From Auanema rhodensis (lineage: Eukaryota > Animalia > Nematoda), in contig OZ059900.1 of assembly GCA_964057225.1 (NCBI GenBank), positions 18,600,001 through 18,664,000 of the forward strand: a stretch of DNA of 64,000 nt. The letters are read 5' to 3'. Under the pieces are notes generated by a model that was not told the origin of the DNA, did no database searches, and worked only from the letters and a program-made list of their open reading frames with translations. Shown here piece after piece: positions 52,665 through 64,000 of this stretch (position 1 is the first letter of the stretch; each line of letters opens with the position of its first letter). The position numbers were made by a program, and so were the translations under genes.

Positions 52665-55600
52665 AGGTTTTGACTTACGATTTCATGTGTTCAAACTCAT
52701 GCAATGTCAATGAAACCTAGCTCAAAATTGTTCGTACAACGTCTAGTTTCACTTTCACGACAAAAAAACAGGGGTTAGAAAACTAAGGAAATTAGCATAT
52801 TCTGAGGGCACGCCCCTTATGGCTAATATTGATTAAATCGATTTTTGTTCATATGAGTCGTCAAATGCAACGAATTTCAGCGTGTTACATACTAAAATGA
52901 AGAATTTTACATGCTGAACACTAGAAAAATACAAAAACACAGTATTTCCCATGAGAAATATTTTATTATGCTGGAAAACCAGTTTTTGGAAATTTCGCTG
53001 TAAACAAGGTTTTGACTTACGATTTCATGTGTTCAAACTCATGCACTGTCAATGAAACCTAGCTCAAAATTGTTCGTACAACGTCTAGTTCCACTTTCAC
53101 GACAAAAAAACAGGGGTTAGAAAATTAAGGAAATTAGCATATTCTGAGGGCACGCCCCTTATGGCTAATATTGATTAAATCGATTTTTGTTCATATGAGT
53201 CGTCAAATGCAACGAATTTCAGCGTGTTACATACTAAAATGAAGCATTTTACATGCTGAACACTAGAAAAATACAAAAACACAGTATTTCCTATGAGAAA
53301 TATTTTATTATGCTGGAAAACCAGTTTTTGGAAATTTCGCTGTAAACAAGGTTTTGACTTACGATTTCATGTGTTCAAACTCATGCAATGTCAATGAAAC
53401 CTAGCTCAAAATTGTTCGTACAACGTCTAGTTCCACTTTCACGACAAAAAAACAGGGGTTAGAAAATTAAGGAAATTAGCATATTCTGAGGGCACGCCCC
53501 TTATGGCTAATATTGATTAAATCGATTTTTGTTCATATGAGTCGTCAAATGCAACGAATTTCAGCGTGTTACATACTAAAATGAAGCATTTTACATGCTG
53601 AACACTAGAAAAATACAAAAACACAGTATTTCCCATGAGAAATATTTTATTATGCTGGAAAACCAGTTTTTGGAAATTTCGCTGTAAACAAGGTTTTGAC
53701 TTACGATTTCATGTGTTCAAACTCATGCAATGTCAATGAAACCTAGCTCAAAATTGTTCGTACAACGTCTAGTTCCACTTTCACGACAAAAAAACAGGGG
53801 TTAGAAAATTAAGGAAATTAGCATATTCTGAGGGCACGCCCCTTATGGCTAATATTGATTAAATCGATTTTTGTTCATATGAGTCGTCAAATGCAACGAA
53901 TTTCAGCGTGTTACATACTAAAATGAAGCATTTTACATGCTGAACACTAGAAAAATACAAAAACACAGTATTTCCCATGAGAAATATTTTATTATGCTGG
54001 AAAACCAGTTTTTGGAAATTTCGCTGTAAACAAGGTTTTGACTTACGATTTCATGTGTTCAAACTCATGCAATGTCAATGAAACCTAGCTCAAAATTGTT
54101 CGTACAACGTCTAGTTCCACTTTCACGACAAAAAAACAAGGGTTAGAAAATTAAGGAAATTAGCATATTCTGAGGGCACGCCCCTTATGGCTAATATTGA
54201 TTAAATCGATTTTTGTTCATATGAGTCGTCAAATGCAACGAATTTCAGCGTGTTACATACTAAAATGAAGCATTTTACATGCTGAACACTAGAAAAATAC
54301 AAAAACACAGTATTTCCCATGAGAAATATTTTATTATGCTGGAAAACCAGTTTTTGGAAATTTCGCTGTAAACAAGGTTTTGACTTACGATTTCATGTGT
54401 TCAAACTCATGCAATGTCAATGAAACCTAGCTCAAAATTGTTCGTACAACGTCTAGTTTCACTTTCACGACAAAAAAACAGGGGTTAGAAAACTAAGGAA
54501 ATTAGCATATTCTGAGGGCACGCCCCTTATGGCTAATATTGATTAAATCGATTTTTGTTCATATGAGTCGTCAAATGCAACGAATTTCAGCGTGTTACAT
54601 ACTAAAATGAAGCATTTTACATGCTGAACACTAGAAAAATACAAAAACACAGTATTTCCCATGAGAAATATTTTATTATGCTGGAAAACCAGTTTTTGGA
54701 AATTTCGCTGTAAACAAGGTTTTGACTTACGATTTCATGTGTTCAAACTCATGCACTGTCAATGAAACCTAGCTCAAAATTGTTCGTACAACGTCTAGTT
54801 CCACTTTCACGACAAAAAAACAGGGGTTAGAAAATTAAGGAAATTAGCATATTCTGAGGGCACGCCCCTTATGGCTAATATTGATTAAATCGATTTTTGT
54901 TCATATGAGTCGTCAAATGCAACGAATTTCAGCGTGTTACATACTAAAATGAAGCATTTTACATGCTGAACACTAGAAAAATACAAAAACACAGTATTTC
55001 CTATGAGAAATATTTTATTATGCTGGAAAACCAGTTTTTGGAAATTTCGCTGTAAACAAGGTTTTGACTTACGATTTCATGTGTTCAAACTCATGCAATG
55101 TCAATGAAACCTAGCTCAAAATTGTTCGTACAACGTCTAGTTCCACTTTCACGACAAAAAAACAGGGGTTAGAAAATTAAGGAAATTAGCATATTCTGAG
55201 GGCACGCCCCTTATGGCTAATATTGATTAAATCGATTTTTGTTCATATGAGTCGTCAAATGCAACGAATTTCAGCGTGTTACATACTAAAATGAAGCATT
55301 TTACATGCTGAACACTAGAAAAATACAAAAACACAGTATTTCCCATGAGAAATATTTTATTATGCTGGAAAACCAGTTTTTGGAAATTTCGCTGTAAACA
55401 AGGTTTTGACTTACGATTTCATGTGTTCAAACTCATGCAATGTCAATGAAACCTAGCTCAAAATTGTTCGTACAACGTCTAGTTCCACTTTCACGACAAA
55501 AAAACAGGGGTTAGAAAATTAAGGAAATTAGCATATTCTGAGGGCACGCCCCTTATGGCTAATATTGATTAAATCGATTTTTGTTCATATGAGTCGTCAA

Positions 55601-58600
55601 ATGCAACGAATTTCAGCGTGTTACATACTAAAATGAAGCATTTTACATGCTGAACACTAGAAAAACACAAAAACACAGTATTTCCCATGAGAAATATTTT
55701 ATTATGCTGGAAAACCAGTTTTTGGAAATTTCGCTGTAAACAAGGTTTTGACTTACGATTTCATGTGTTCAAACTCATGCAATGTCAATGAAACCTAGCT
55801 CAAAATTGTTCGTACAACGTCTAGTTCCACTTTCACGACAAAAAAACAAGGGTTAGAAAATTAAGGAAATTAGCATATTCTGAGGGCACGCCCCTTATGG
55901 CTAATATTGATTAAATCGATTTTTGTTCATATGAGTCGTCAAATGCAACGAATTTCAGCGTGTTACATACTAAAATGAAGCATTTTACATGCTGAACACT
56001 AGAAAAATACAAAAACACAGTATTTCCCATGAGAAATATTTTATTATGCTGGAAAACCAGTTTTTGGAAATTTCGCTGTAAACAAGGTTTTGACTTACGA
56101 TTTCATGTGTTCAAACTCATGCAATGTCAATGAAACCTAGCTCAAAATTGTTCGTACAACGTCTAGTTTCACTTTCACGACAAAAAAACAGGGGTTAGAA
56201 AACTAAGGAAATTAGCATATTCTGAGGGCACGCCCCTTATGGCTAATATTGATTAAATCGATTTTTGTTCATATGAGTCGTCAAATGCAACGAATTTCAG
56301 CGTGTTACATACTAAAATGAAGCATTTTACATGCTGAACACTAGAAAAATACAAAAACACAGTATTTCCCATGAGAAATATTTTATTATGCTGGAAAACC
56401 AGTTTTTGGAAATTTCGCTGTAAACAAGGTTTTGACTTACGATTTCATGTGTTCAAACTCATGCAATGTCAATGAAACCTAGCTCAAAATTGTTTGTACA
56501 ACGTCTAGTTCCACTTTCACGACAAAAAAACAGGGGTTAGAAAATTAAGGAAATTAGCATATTCTGAGGGCACGCCCCTTATGGCTAATATTGATTAAAT
56601 CGATTTTTGTTCATATGAGTCGTCAAATGCAACGAATTTCAGCGTGTTACATACTAAAATGAAGCATTTTACATGCTGAACACTAGAAAAATACAAAAAC
56701 ACAGTATTTCCCATGAGAAATATTTTATTATGCTGGAAAACCAGTTTTTGGAAATTTCGCTGTAAACAAGGTTTTGACTTACGATTTCATGTGTTCAAAC
56801 TCATGCACTGTCAATGAAACCTAGCTCAAAATTGTTCGTACAACGTCTAGTTCCACTTTCACGACAAAAAAACAGGGGTTAGAAAATTAAGGAAATTAGC
56901 ATATTCTGAGGGCACGCCCCTTATGGCTAATATTGATTAAATCGATTTTTGTTCATATGAGTCGTCAAATGCAACGAATTTCAGCGTGTTACATACTAAA
57001 ATGAAGCATTTTACATGCTGAACACTAGAAAAATACAAAAACACAGTATTTCCCATGAGAAATATTTTATTATGCTGGAAAACCAGTTTTTGGAAATTTC
57101 GCTGTAAACAAGGTTTTGACTTACGATTTCATGTGTTCAAACTCATGCAATGTCAATGAAACCTAGCTCAAAATTGTTCGTACAACGTCTAGTTTCACTT
57201 TCACGACAAAAAAACAGGGGTTAGAAAACTAAGGAAATTAGCATATTCTGAGGGCACGCCCCTTATGGCTAATATTGATTAAATCGATTTTTGTTCATAT
57301 GAGTCGTCAAATGCAACGAATTTCAGCGTGTTACATACTAAAATGAAGAATTTTACATGCTGAACACTAGAAAAATACAAAAACACAGTATTTCCCATGA
57401 GAAATATTTTATTATGCTGGAAAACCAGTTTTTGGAAATTTCGCTGTAAACAAGGTTTTGACTTACGATTTCATGTGTTCAAACTCATGCACTGTCAATG
57501 AAACCTAGCTCAAAATTGTTCGTACAACGTCTAGTTCCACTTTCACGACAAAAAAACAGGGGTTAGAAAATTAAGGAAATTAGCATATTCTGAGGGCACG
57601 CCCCTTATGGCTAATATTGATTAAATCGATTTTTGTTCATATGAGTCGTCAAATGCAACGAATTTCAGCGTGTTACATACTAAAATGAAGCATTTTACAT
57701 GCTGAACACTAGAAAAATACAAAAACACAGTATTTCCTATGAGAAATATTTTATTATGCTGGAAAACCAGTTTTTGGAAATTTCGCTGTAAACAAGGTTT
57801 TGACTTACGATTTCATGTGTTCAAACTCATGCAATGTCAATGAAACCTAGCTCAAAATTGTTCGTACAACGTCTAGTTCCACTTTCACGACAAAAAAACA
57901 GGGGTTAGAAAATTAAGGAAATTAGCATATTCTGAGGGCACGCCCCTTATGGCTAATATTGATTAAATCGATTTTTGTTCATATGAGTCGTCAAATGCAA
58001 CGAATTTCAGCGTGTTACATACTAAAATGAAGCATTTTACATGCTGAACACTAGAAAAATACAAAAACACAGTATTTCCCATGAGAAATATTTTATTATG
58101 CTGGAAAACCAGTTTTTGGAAATTTCGCTGTAAACAAGGTTTTGACTTACGATTTCATGTGTTCAAACTCATGCAATGTCAATGAAACCTAGCTCAAAAT
58201 TGTTCGTACAACGTCTAGTTCCACTTTCACGACAAAAAAACAGGGGTTAGAAAATTAAGGAAATTAGCATATTCTGAGGGCACGCCCCTTATGGCTAATA
58301 TTGATTAAATCGATTTTTGTTCATATGAGTCGTCAAATGCAACGAATTTCAGCGTGTTACATACTAAAATGAAGCATTTTACATGCTGAACACTAGAAAA
58401 ATACAAAAACACAGTATTTCCCATGAGAAATATTTTATTATGCTGGAAAACCAGTTTTTGGAAATTTCGCTGTAAACAAGGTTTTGACTTACGATTTCAT
58501 GTGTTCAAACTCATGCAATGTCAATGAAACCTAGCTCAAAATTGTTCGTACAACGTCTAGTTCCACTTTCACGACAAAAAAACAAGGGTTAGAAAATTAA

Positions 58601-61556
58601 GGAAATTAGCATATTCTGAGGGCACGCCCCTTATGGCTAATATTGATTAAATCGATTTTTGTTCATATGAGTCGTCAAATGCAACGAATTTCAGCGTGTT
58701 ACATACTAAAATGAAGCATTTTACATGCTGAACACTAGAAAAATACAAAAACACAGTATTTCCCATGAGAAATATTTTATTATGCTGGAAAACCAGTTTT
58801 TGGAAATTTCGCTGTAAACAAGGTTTTGACTTACGATTTCATGTGTTCAAACTCATGCAATGTCAATGAAACCTAGCTCAAAATTGTTCGTACAACGTCT
58901 AGTTTCACTTTCACGACAAAAAAACAGGGGTTAGAAAACTAAGGAAATTAGCATATTCTGAGGGCACGCCCCTTATGGCTAATATTGATTAAATCGATTT
59001 TTGTTCATATGAGTCGTCAAATGCAACGAATTTCAGCGTGTTACATACTAAAATGAAGCATTTTACATGCTGAACACTAGAAAAATACAAAAACACAGTA
59101 TTTCCCATGAGAAATATTTTATTATGCTGGAAAACCAGTTTTTGGAAATTTCGCTGTAAACAAGGTTTTGACTTACGATTTCATGTGTTCAAACTCATGC
59201 ACTGTCAATGAAACCTAGCTCAAAATTGTTCGTACAACGTCTAGTTCCACTTTCACGACAAAAAAACAGGGGTTAGAAAATTAAGGAAATTAGCATATTC
59301 TGAGGGCACGCCCCTTATGGCTAATATTGATTAAATCGATTTTTGTTCATATGAGTCGTCAAATGCAACGAATTTCAGCGTGTTACATACTAAAATGAAG
59401 CATTTTACATGCTGAACACTAGAAAAATACAAAAACACAGTATTTCCTATGAGAAATATTTTATTATGCTGGAAAACCAGTTTTTGGAAATTTCGCTGTA
59501 AACAAGGTTTTGACTTACGATTTCATGTGTTCAAACTCATGCAATGTCAATGAAACCTAGCTCAAAATTGTTCGTACAACGTCTAGTTCCACTTTCACGA
59601 CAAAAAAACAGGGGTTAGAAAATTAAGGAAATTAGCATATTCTGAGGGCACGCCCCTTATGGCTAATATTGATTAAATCGATTTTTGTTCATATGAGTCG
59701 TCAAATGCAACGAATTTCAGCGTGTTACATACTAAAATGAAGCATTTTACATGCTGAACACTAGAAAAATACAAAAACACAGTATTTCCCATGAGAAATA
59801 TTTTATTATGCTGGAAAACCAGTTTTTGGAAATTTCGCTGTAAACAAGGTTTTGACTTACGATTTCATGTGTTCAAACTCATGCAATGTCAATGAAACCT
59901 AGCTCAAAATTGTTCGTACAACGTCTAGTTCCACTTTCACGACAAAAAAACAGGGGTTAGAAAATTAAGGAAATTAGCATATTCTGAGGGCACGCCCCTT
60001 ATGGCTAATATTGATTAAATCGATTTTTGTTCATATGAGTCGTCAAATGCAACGAATTTCAGCGTGTTACATACTAAAATGAAGCATTTTACATGCTGAA
60101 CACTAGAAAAACACAAAAACACAGTATTTCCCATGAGAAATATTTTATTATGCTGGAAAACCAGTTTTTGGAAATTTCGCTGTAAACAAGGTTTTGACTT
60201 ACGATTTCATGTGTTCAAACTCATGCAATGTCAATGAAACCTAGCTCAAAATTGTTCGTACAACGTCTAGTTCCACTTTCACGACAAAAAAACAAGGGTT
60301 AGAAAATTAAGGAAATTAGCATATTCTGAGGGCACGCCCCTTATGGCTAATATTGATTAAATCGATTTTTGTTCATATGAGTCGTCAAATGCAACGAATT
60401 TCAGCGTGTTACATACTAAAATGAAGCATTTTACATGCTGAACACTAGAAAAATACAAAAACACAGTATTTCCCATGAGAAATATTTTATTATGCTGGAA
60501 AACCAGTTTTTGGAAATTTCGCTGTAAACAAGGTTTTGACTTACGATTTCATGTGTTCAAACTCATGCAATGTCAATGAAACCTAGCTCAAAATTGTTCG
60601 TACAACGTCTAGTTTCACTTTCACGACAAAAAAACAGGGGTTAGAAAACTAAGGAAATTAGCATATTCTGAGGGCACGCCCCTTATGGCTAATATTGATT
60701 AAATCGATTTTTGTTCATATGAGTCGTCAAATGCAACGAATTTCAGCGTGTTACATACTAAAATGAAGCATTTTACATGCTGAACACTAGAAAAATACAA
60801 AAACACAGTATTTCCCATGAGAAATATTTTATTATGCTGGAAAACCAGTTTTTGGAAATTTCGCTGTAAACAAGGTTTTGACTTACGATTTCATGTGTTC
60901 AAACTCATGCAATGTCAATGAAACCTAGCTCAAAATTGTTTGTACAACGTCTAGTTCCACTTTCACGACAAAAAAACAGGGGTTAGAAAATTAAGGAAAT
61001 TAGCATATTCTGAGGGCACGCCCCTTATGGCTAATATTGATTAAATCGATTTTTGTTCATATGAGTCGTCAAATGCAACGAATTTCAGCGTGTTACATAC
61101 TAAAATGAAGCATTTTACATGCTGAACACTAGAAAAATACAAAAACACAGTATTTCCCATGAGAAATATTTTATTATGCTGGAAAACCAGTTTTTGGAAA
61201 TTTCGCTGTAAACAAGGTTTTGACTTACGATTTCATGTGTTCAAACTCATGCACTGTCAATGAAACCTAGCTCAAAATTGTTCGTACAACGTCTAGTTCC
61301 ACTTTCACGACAAAAAAACAGGGGTTAGAAAATTAAGGAAATTAGCATATTCTGAGGGCACGCCCCTTATGGCTAATATTGATTAAATCGATTTTTGTTC
61401 ATATGAGTCGTCAAATGCAACGAATTTCAGCGTGTTACATACTAAAATGAAGCATTTTACATGCTGAACACTAGAAAAATACAAAAACACAGTATTTCCC
61501 ATGAGAAATATTTTATTATGCTGGAAAACCAGTTTTTGGAAATTTCGCTGTAAACA
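52665..61556 (+). repeat. Tandem 2 x 13-monomer higher-order repeat (M155-167 / M168-180), 4446-bp unit
   Basis: The private variants C239A (52903, 57349) and T266C (55666, 60112) are each exactly 4446 bp apart. All intervening G107A, C85T+T119C, A40C, C286T and C69T marks are in the same order. Confidence 0.93.
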
Positions 61557-64000
61557 AGGTTTTGACTTACGATTTCATGTGTTCAAACTCATGCAATGTC
61601 AATGAAACCTAGCTCAAAATTGTTTGTACAACGTCTAGTTCCACTTTCACGACAAAAAAACAGGGGTTAGAAAATTAAGGAAATTAGCATATTCTGAGGG
61701 CACGCCCCTTATGGCTAATATTGATTAAATCGATTTTTGTTCATATGAGTCGTCAAATGCAACGAATTTCAGCGTGTTACATACTAAAATGAAGCATTTC
61801 ACATGCTGAACACTAGAAAAATACAAAAACACAGTATTTCCCATGAGAAATATTTTATTATGCTGGAAAACCAGTTTTTGGAAATTTCGCTGTAAACAAG
61901 GTTTTGACTTACGATTTCATGTGTTCAAACTCATGCAATGTCAATGAAACCTAGCTCAAAATTGTTCGTACAACGTCTAGTTCCACTTTCACGACAAAAA
62001 AACAGGGGTTAGAAAATTAAGGAAATTAGCATATTCTGAGGGCACGCCCCTTATGGCTAATATTGATTAAATCGATTTTTGTTCATATGAGTCGTCAAAT
62101 GCAACGAATTTCAGCGTGTTACATACTAAAATGAAGCATTTTACATGCTGAACACTAGAAGAATACAAAAACACAGTATTTCCCATGAGAAATATTTTAT
62201 TATGCTGGAAAACCAGTTTTTGGAAATTTCGCTGTAAACAAGGTTTTGACTTACGATTTCATGTGTTCAAACTCATGCAATGTCAATGAAACCTAGCTCA
62301 AAATTGTTCGTACAACGTCTAGTTCCACTTTCACGACAAAAAAACAGGGGTTAGAAAATTAAGGAAATTAGCATATTCTGAGGGCACGCCCCTTATGGCT
62401 AATATTGATTAAATCGATTTTTGTTCATATGAGTCGTCAAATGCAACGAATTTCAGCGTGTTACATACTAAAATGAAGCATTTTACATGCTGAACACTAG
62501 AAGAATACAAAAACACAGTATTTCCCATGAGAAATATTTTATTATGCTGGAAAACCAGTTTTTGGAAATTTCGCTGTAAACAAGGTTTTGACTTACGATT
62601 TCATGTGTTCAAACTCATGCAATGTCAATGAAACCTAGCTCAAAATTGTTCGTACAACGTCTAGTTCCACTTTCACGACAAAAAAACAGGGGTTAGAAAA
62701 TTAAGGAAATTAGCATATTCTGAGGGCACGCCCCTTATGGCTAATATTGATTAAATCGATTTTTGTTCATATGAGTCGTCAAATGCAACGAATTTCAGCG
62801 TGTTACATACTAAAATGAAACATTTTACATGCTGAACACTAGAAGAATACAAAAACACAGTATTTCCCATGAGAAATATTTTATTATGCTGGAAAACCAG
62901 TTTTTGGAAATTTCGCTGTAAACAAGGTTTTGACTTACGATTTCATGTGTTCAAACTCATGCAATGTCAATGAAACCTAGCTCAAAATTGTTCGTACAAC
63001 GTCTAGTTCCACTTTCACGACAAAAAAACAGGGGTTAGAAAATTAAGGAAATTAGCATATTCTGAGGGCAAGCCCCTTATGGCTAATATTGATTAAATCG
63101 ATTTTTGTTCATATGAGTCGTCAAATGCAACGAATTTCAGCGTGTTACATACTAAAATGAAGCATTTTACATGCTGAACACTAGAAAAATACAAAAACAC
63201 AGTATTTCCCATGAGAAATATTTTATTATGCTGGAAAACCAGTTTTTGGAAATTTCGCTGTAAACAAGGTTTTGACTTACGATTTCATGTGTTCAAACTC
63301 ATGCAATGTCAATGAAACCTAGCTCAAAATTGTTCGTACAACGTCTAGTTCCACTTTCACGACAAAAAAACAGGGGTTAGAAAATTAAGGAAATTAGCAT
63401 ATTCTGAGGGCACGCCCCTTATGGCTAATATTGATTAAATCGATTTTTGTTCATATGAGTCGTCAAATGCAACGAATTTCAGCGTGTTACATACTAAAAT
63501 GAAGCATTTTACATGCTGAACACTAGAAGAATACAAAAACACAGTATTTCCCATGAGAAATATTTTATTATGCTGGAAAACCAGTTTTTGGAAATTTCGC
63601 TGTAAACAAGGTTTTGACTTACGATTTCATGTGTTCAAACTCATGCAATGTCAATGAAACCTAGCTCAAAATTGTTCGTACAACGTCTAGTTCCACTTTC
63701 ACGACAAAAAAACAGGGGTTAGAAAATTAAGGAAATTAGCATATTCTGAGGGCAAGCCCCTTATGGCTAATATTGATTAAATCGATTTTTGTTCATATGA
63801 GTCGTCAAATGCAACGAATTTCAGCGTGTTACATACTAAAATGAAGCATTTTACATGCTGAACACTAGAAAAATACAAAAACACAGTATTTCCCATGAGA
63901 AATATTTTATTATGCTGGAAAACCAGTTTTTGGAAATTTCGCTGTAAACAAGGTTTTGACTTACGATTTCATGTGTTCAAACTCATGCAATGTCAATGAA

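Larger units (their letters stand above)
1..64000. repeat. Satellite DNA array, 342-bp monomer, 187 full copies + 50 bp, head-to-tail, about 99% identity between copies
   Basis: The start motif aggttttgacttacgatttc recurs at 1, 343, 685, ... 3421 (10x342+1), ... 20521. The register then shifts by -1 (A-tract 20618-20623), -2 (GC lost after 21239) and -1 (A-tract 29849-29854). The last monomer starts at 63951 = 187x342+1-4. No insertion, inversion or foreign sequence was seen. Hand count gives ~117/342 G+C. Confidence 0.99.

Noticed and set aside
1-64000. CRISPR array or other repeat-spacer system
   Set aside because: There are no variable spacers: the entire 342 bp is repeated. No cas or other genes are present.
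1-64000. Tandem RNA gene cluster (5S rRNA, tRNA, snRNA, spliced leader)
   Set aside because: I could not recognise 5S rRNA, a tRNA cloverleaf with A/B boxes, or snRNA/SL motifs on either strand. An Rfam cmscan would be the definitive test.
1-64000. Rolling-circle/MDA concatemer or purely artefactual assembly
   Set aside because: Variants are shared in ordered, nested, multi-monomer patterns with almost no random indels, which is not expected from copying one small circle or from read error. Individual exact duplications still need read validation.
1-64000. Embedded insertion, inversion or hidden unique island
   Set aside because: The monomer register is accounted for across the full window (net -4 bp), which leaves no room for an insertion, and no strand switch was seen.

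Overview
The whole 64 kb window is one uninterrupted head-to-tail tandem array of an AT-rich (~34% GC) 342-bp monomer: 187 complete copies plus a 50-bp partial copy, all in the same orientation and running off both window ends. Most monomers differ from the consensus at only 0-4 positions. I saw only three indels (two 1-bp A-tract deletions and one 2-bp GC deletion), and the 4-bp total matches the final monomer starting at 63951. There are no genes, RNA genes, transposons or CRISPR spacers, and every monomer has stop codons in all six frames. This looks like eukaryotic satellite DNA, plausibly (peri)centromeric, but I cannot name the family or organism from the sequence. The information lies in the ~50 point variants I catalogued by eye. 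They show nested block duplications (2-, 5-, 8-, 9-, 13- and 27-monomer periods, i.e. nascent higher-order repeats), two variant domains separated by a singleton-rich transition zone, and no CpG hypermutability. The monomer is also rich in dyad symmetries. I found no evidence for a novel gene-encoded system. Variant names use monomer coordinates with window position 1 as monomer position 1; Mn is the n-th monomer.
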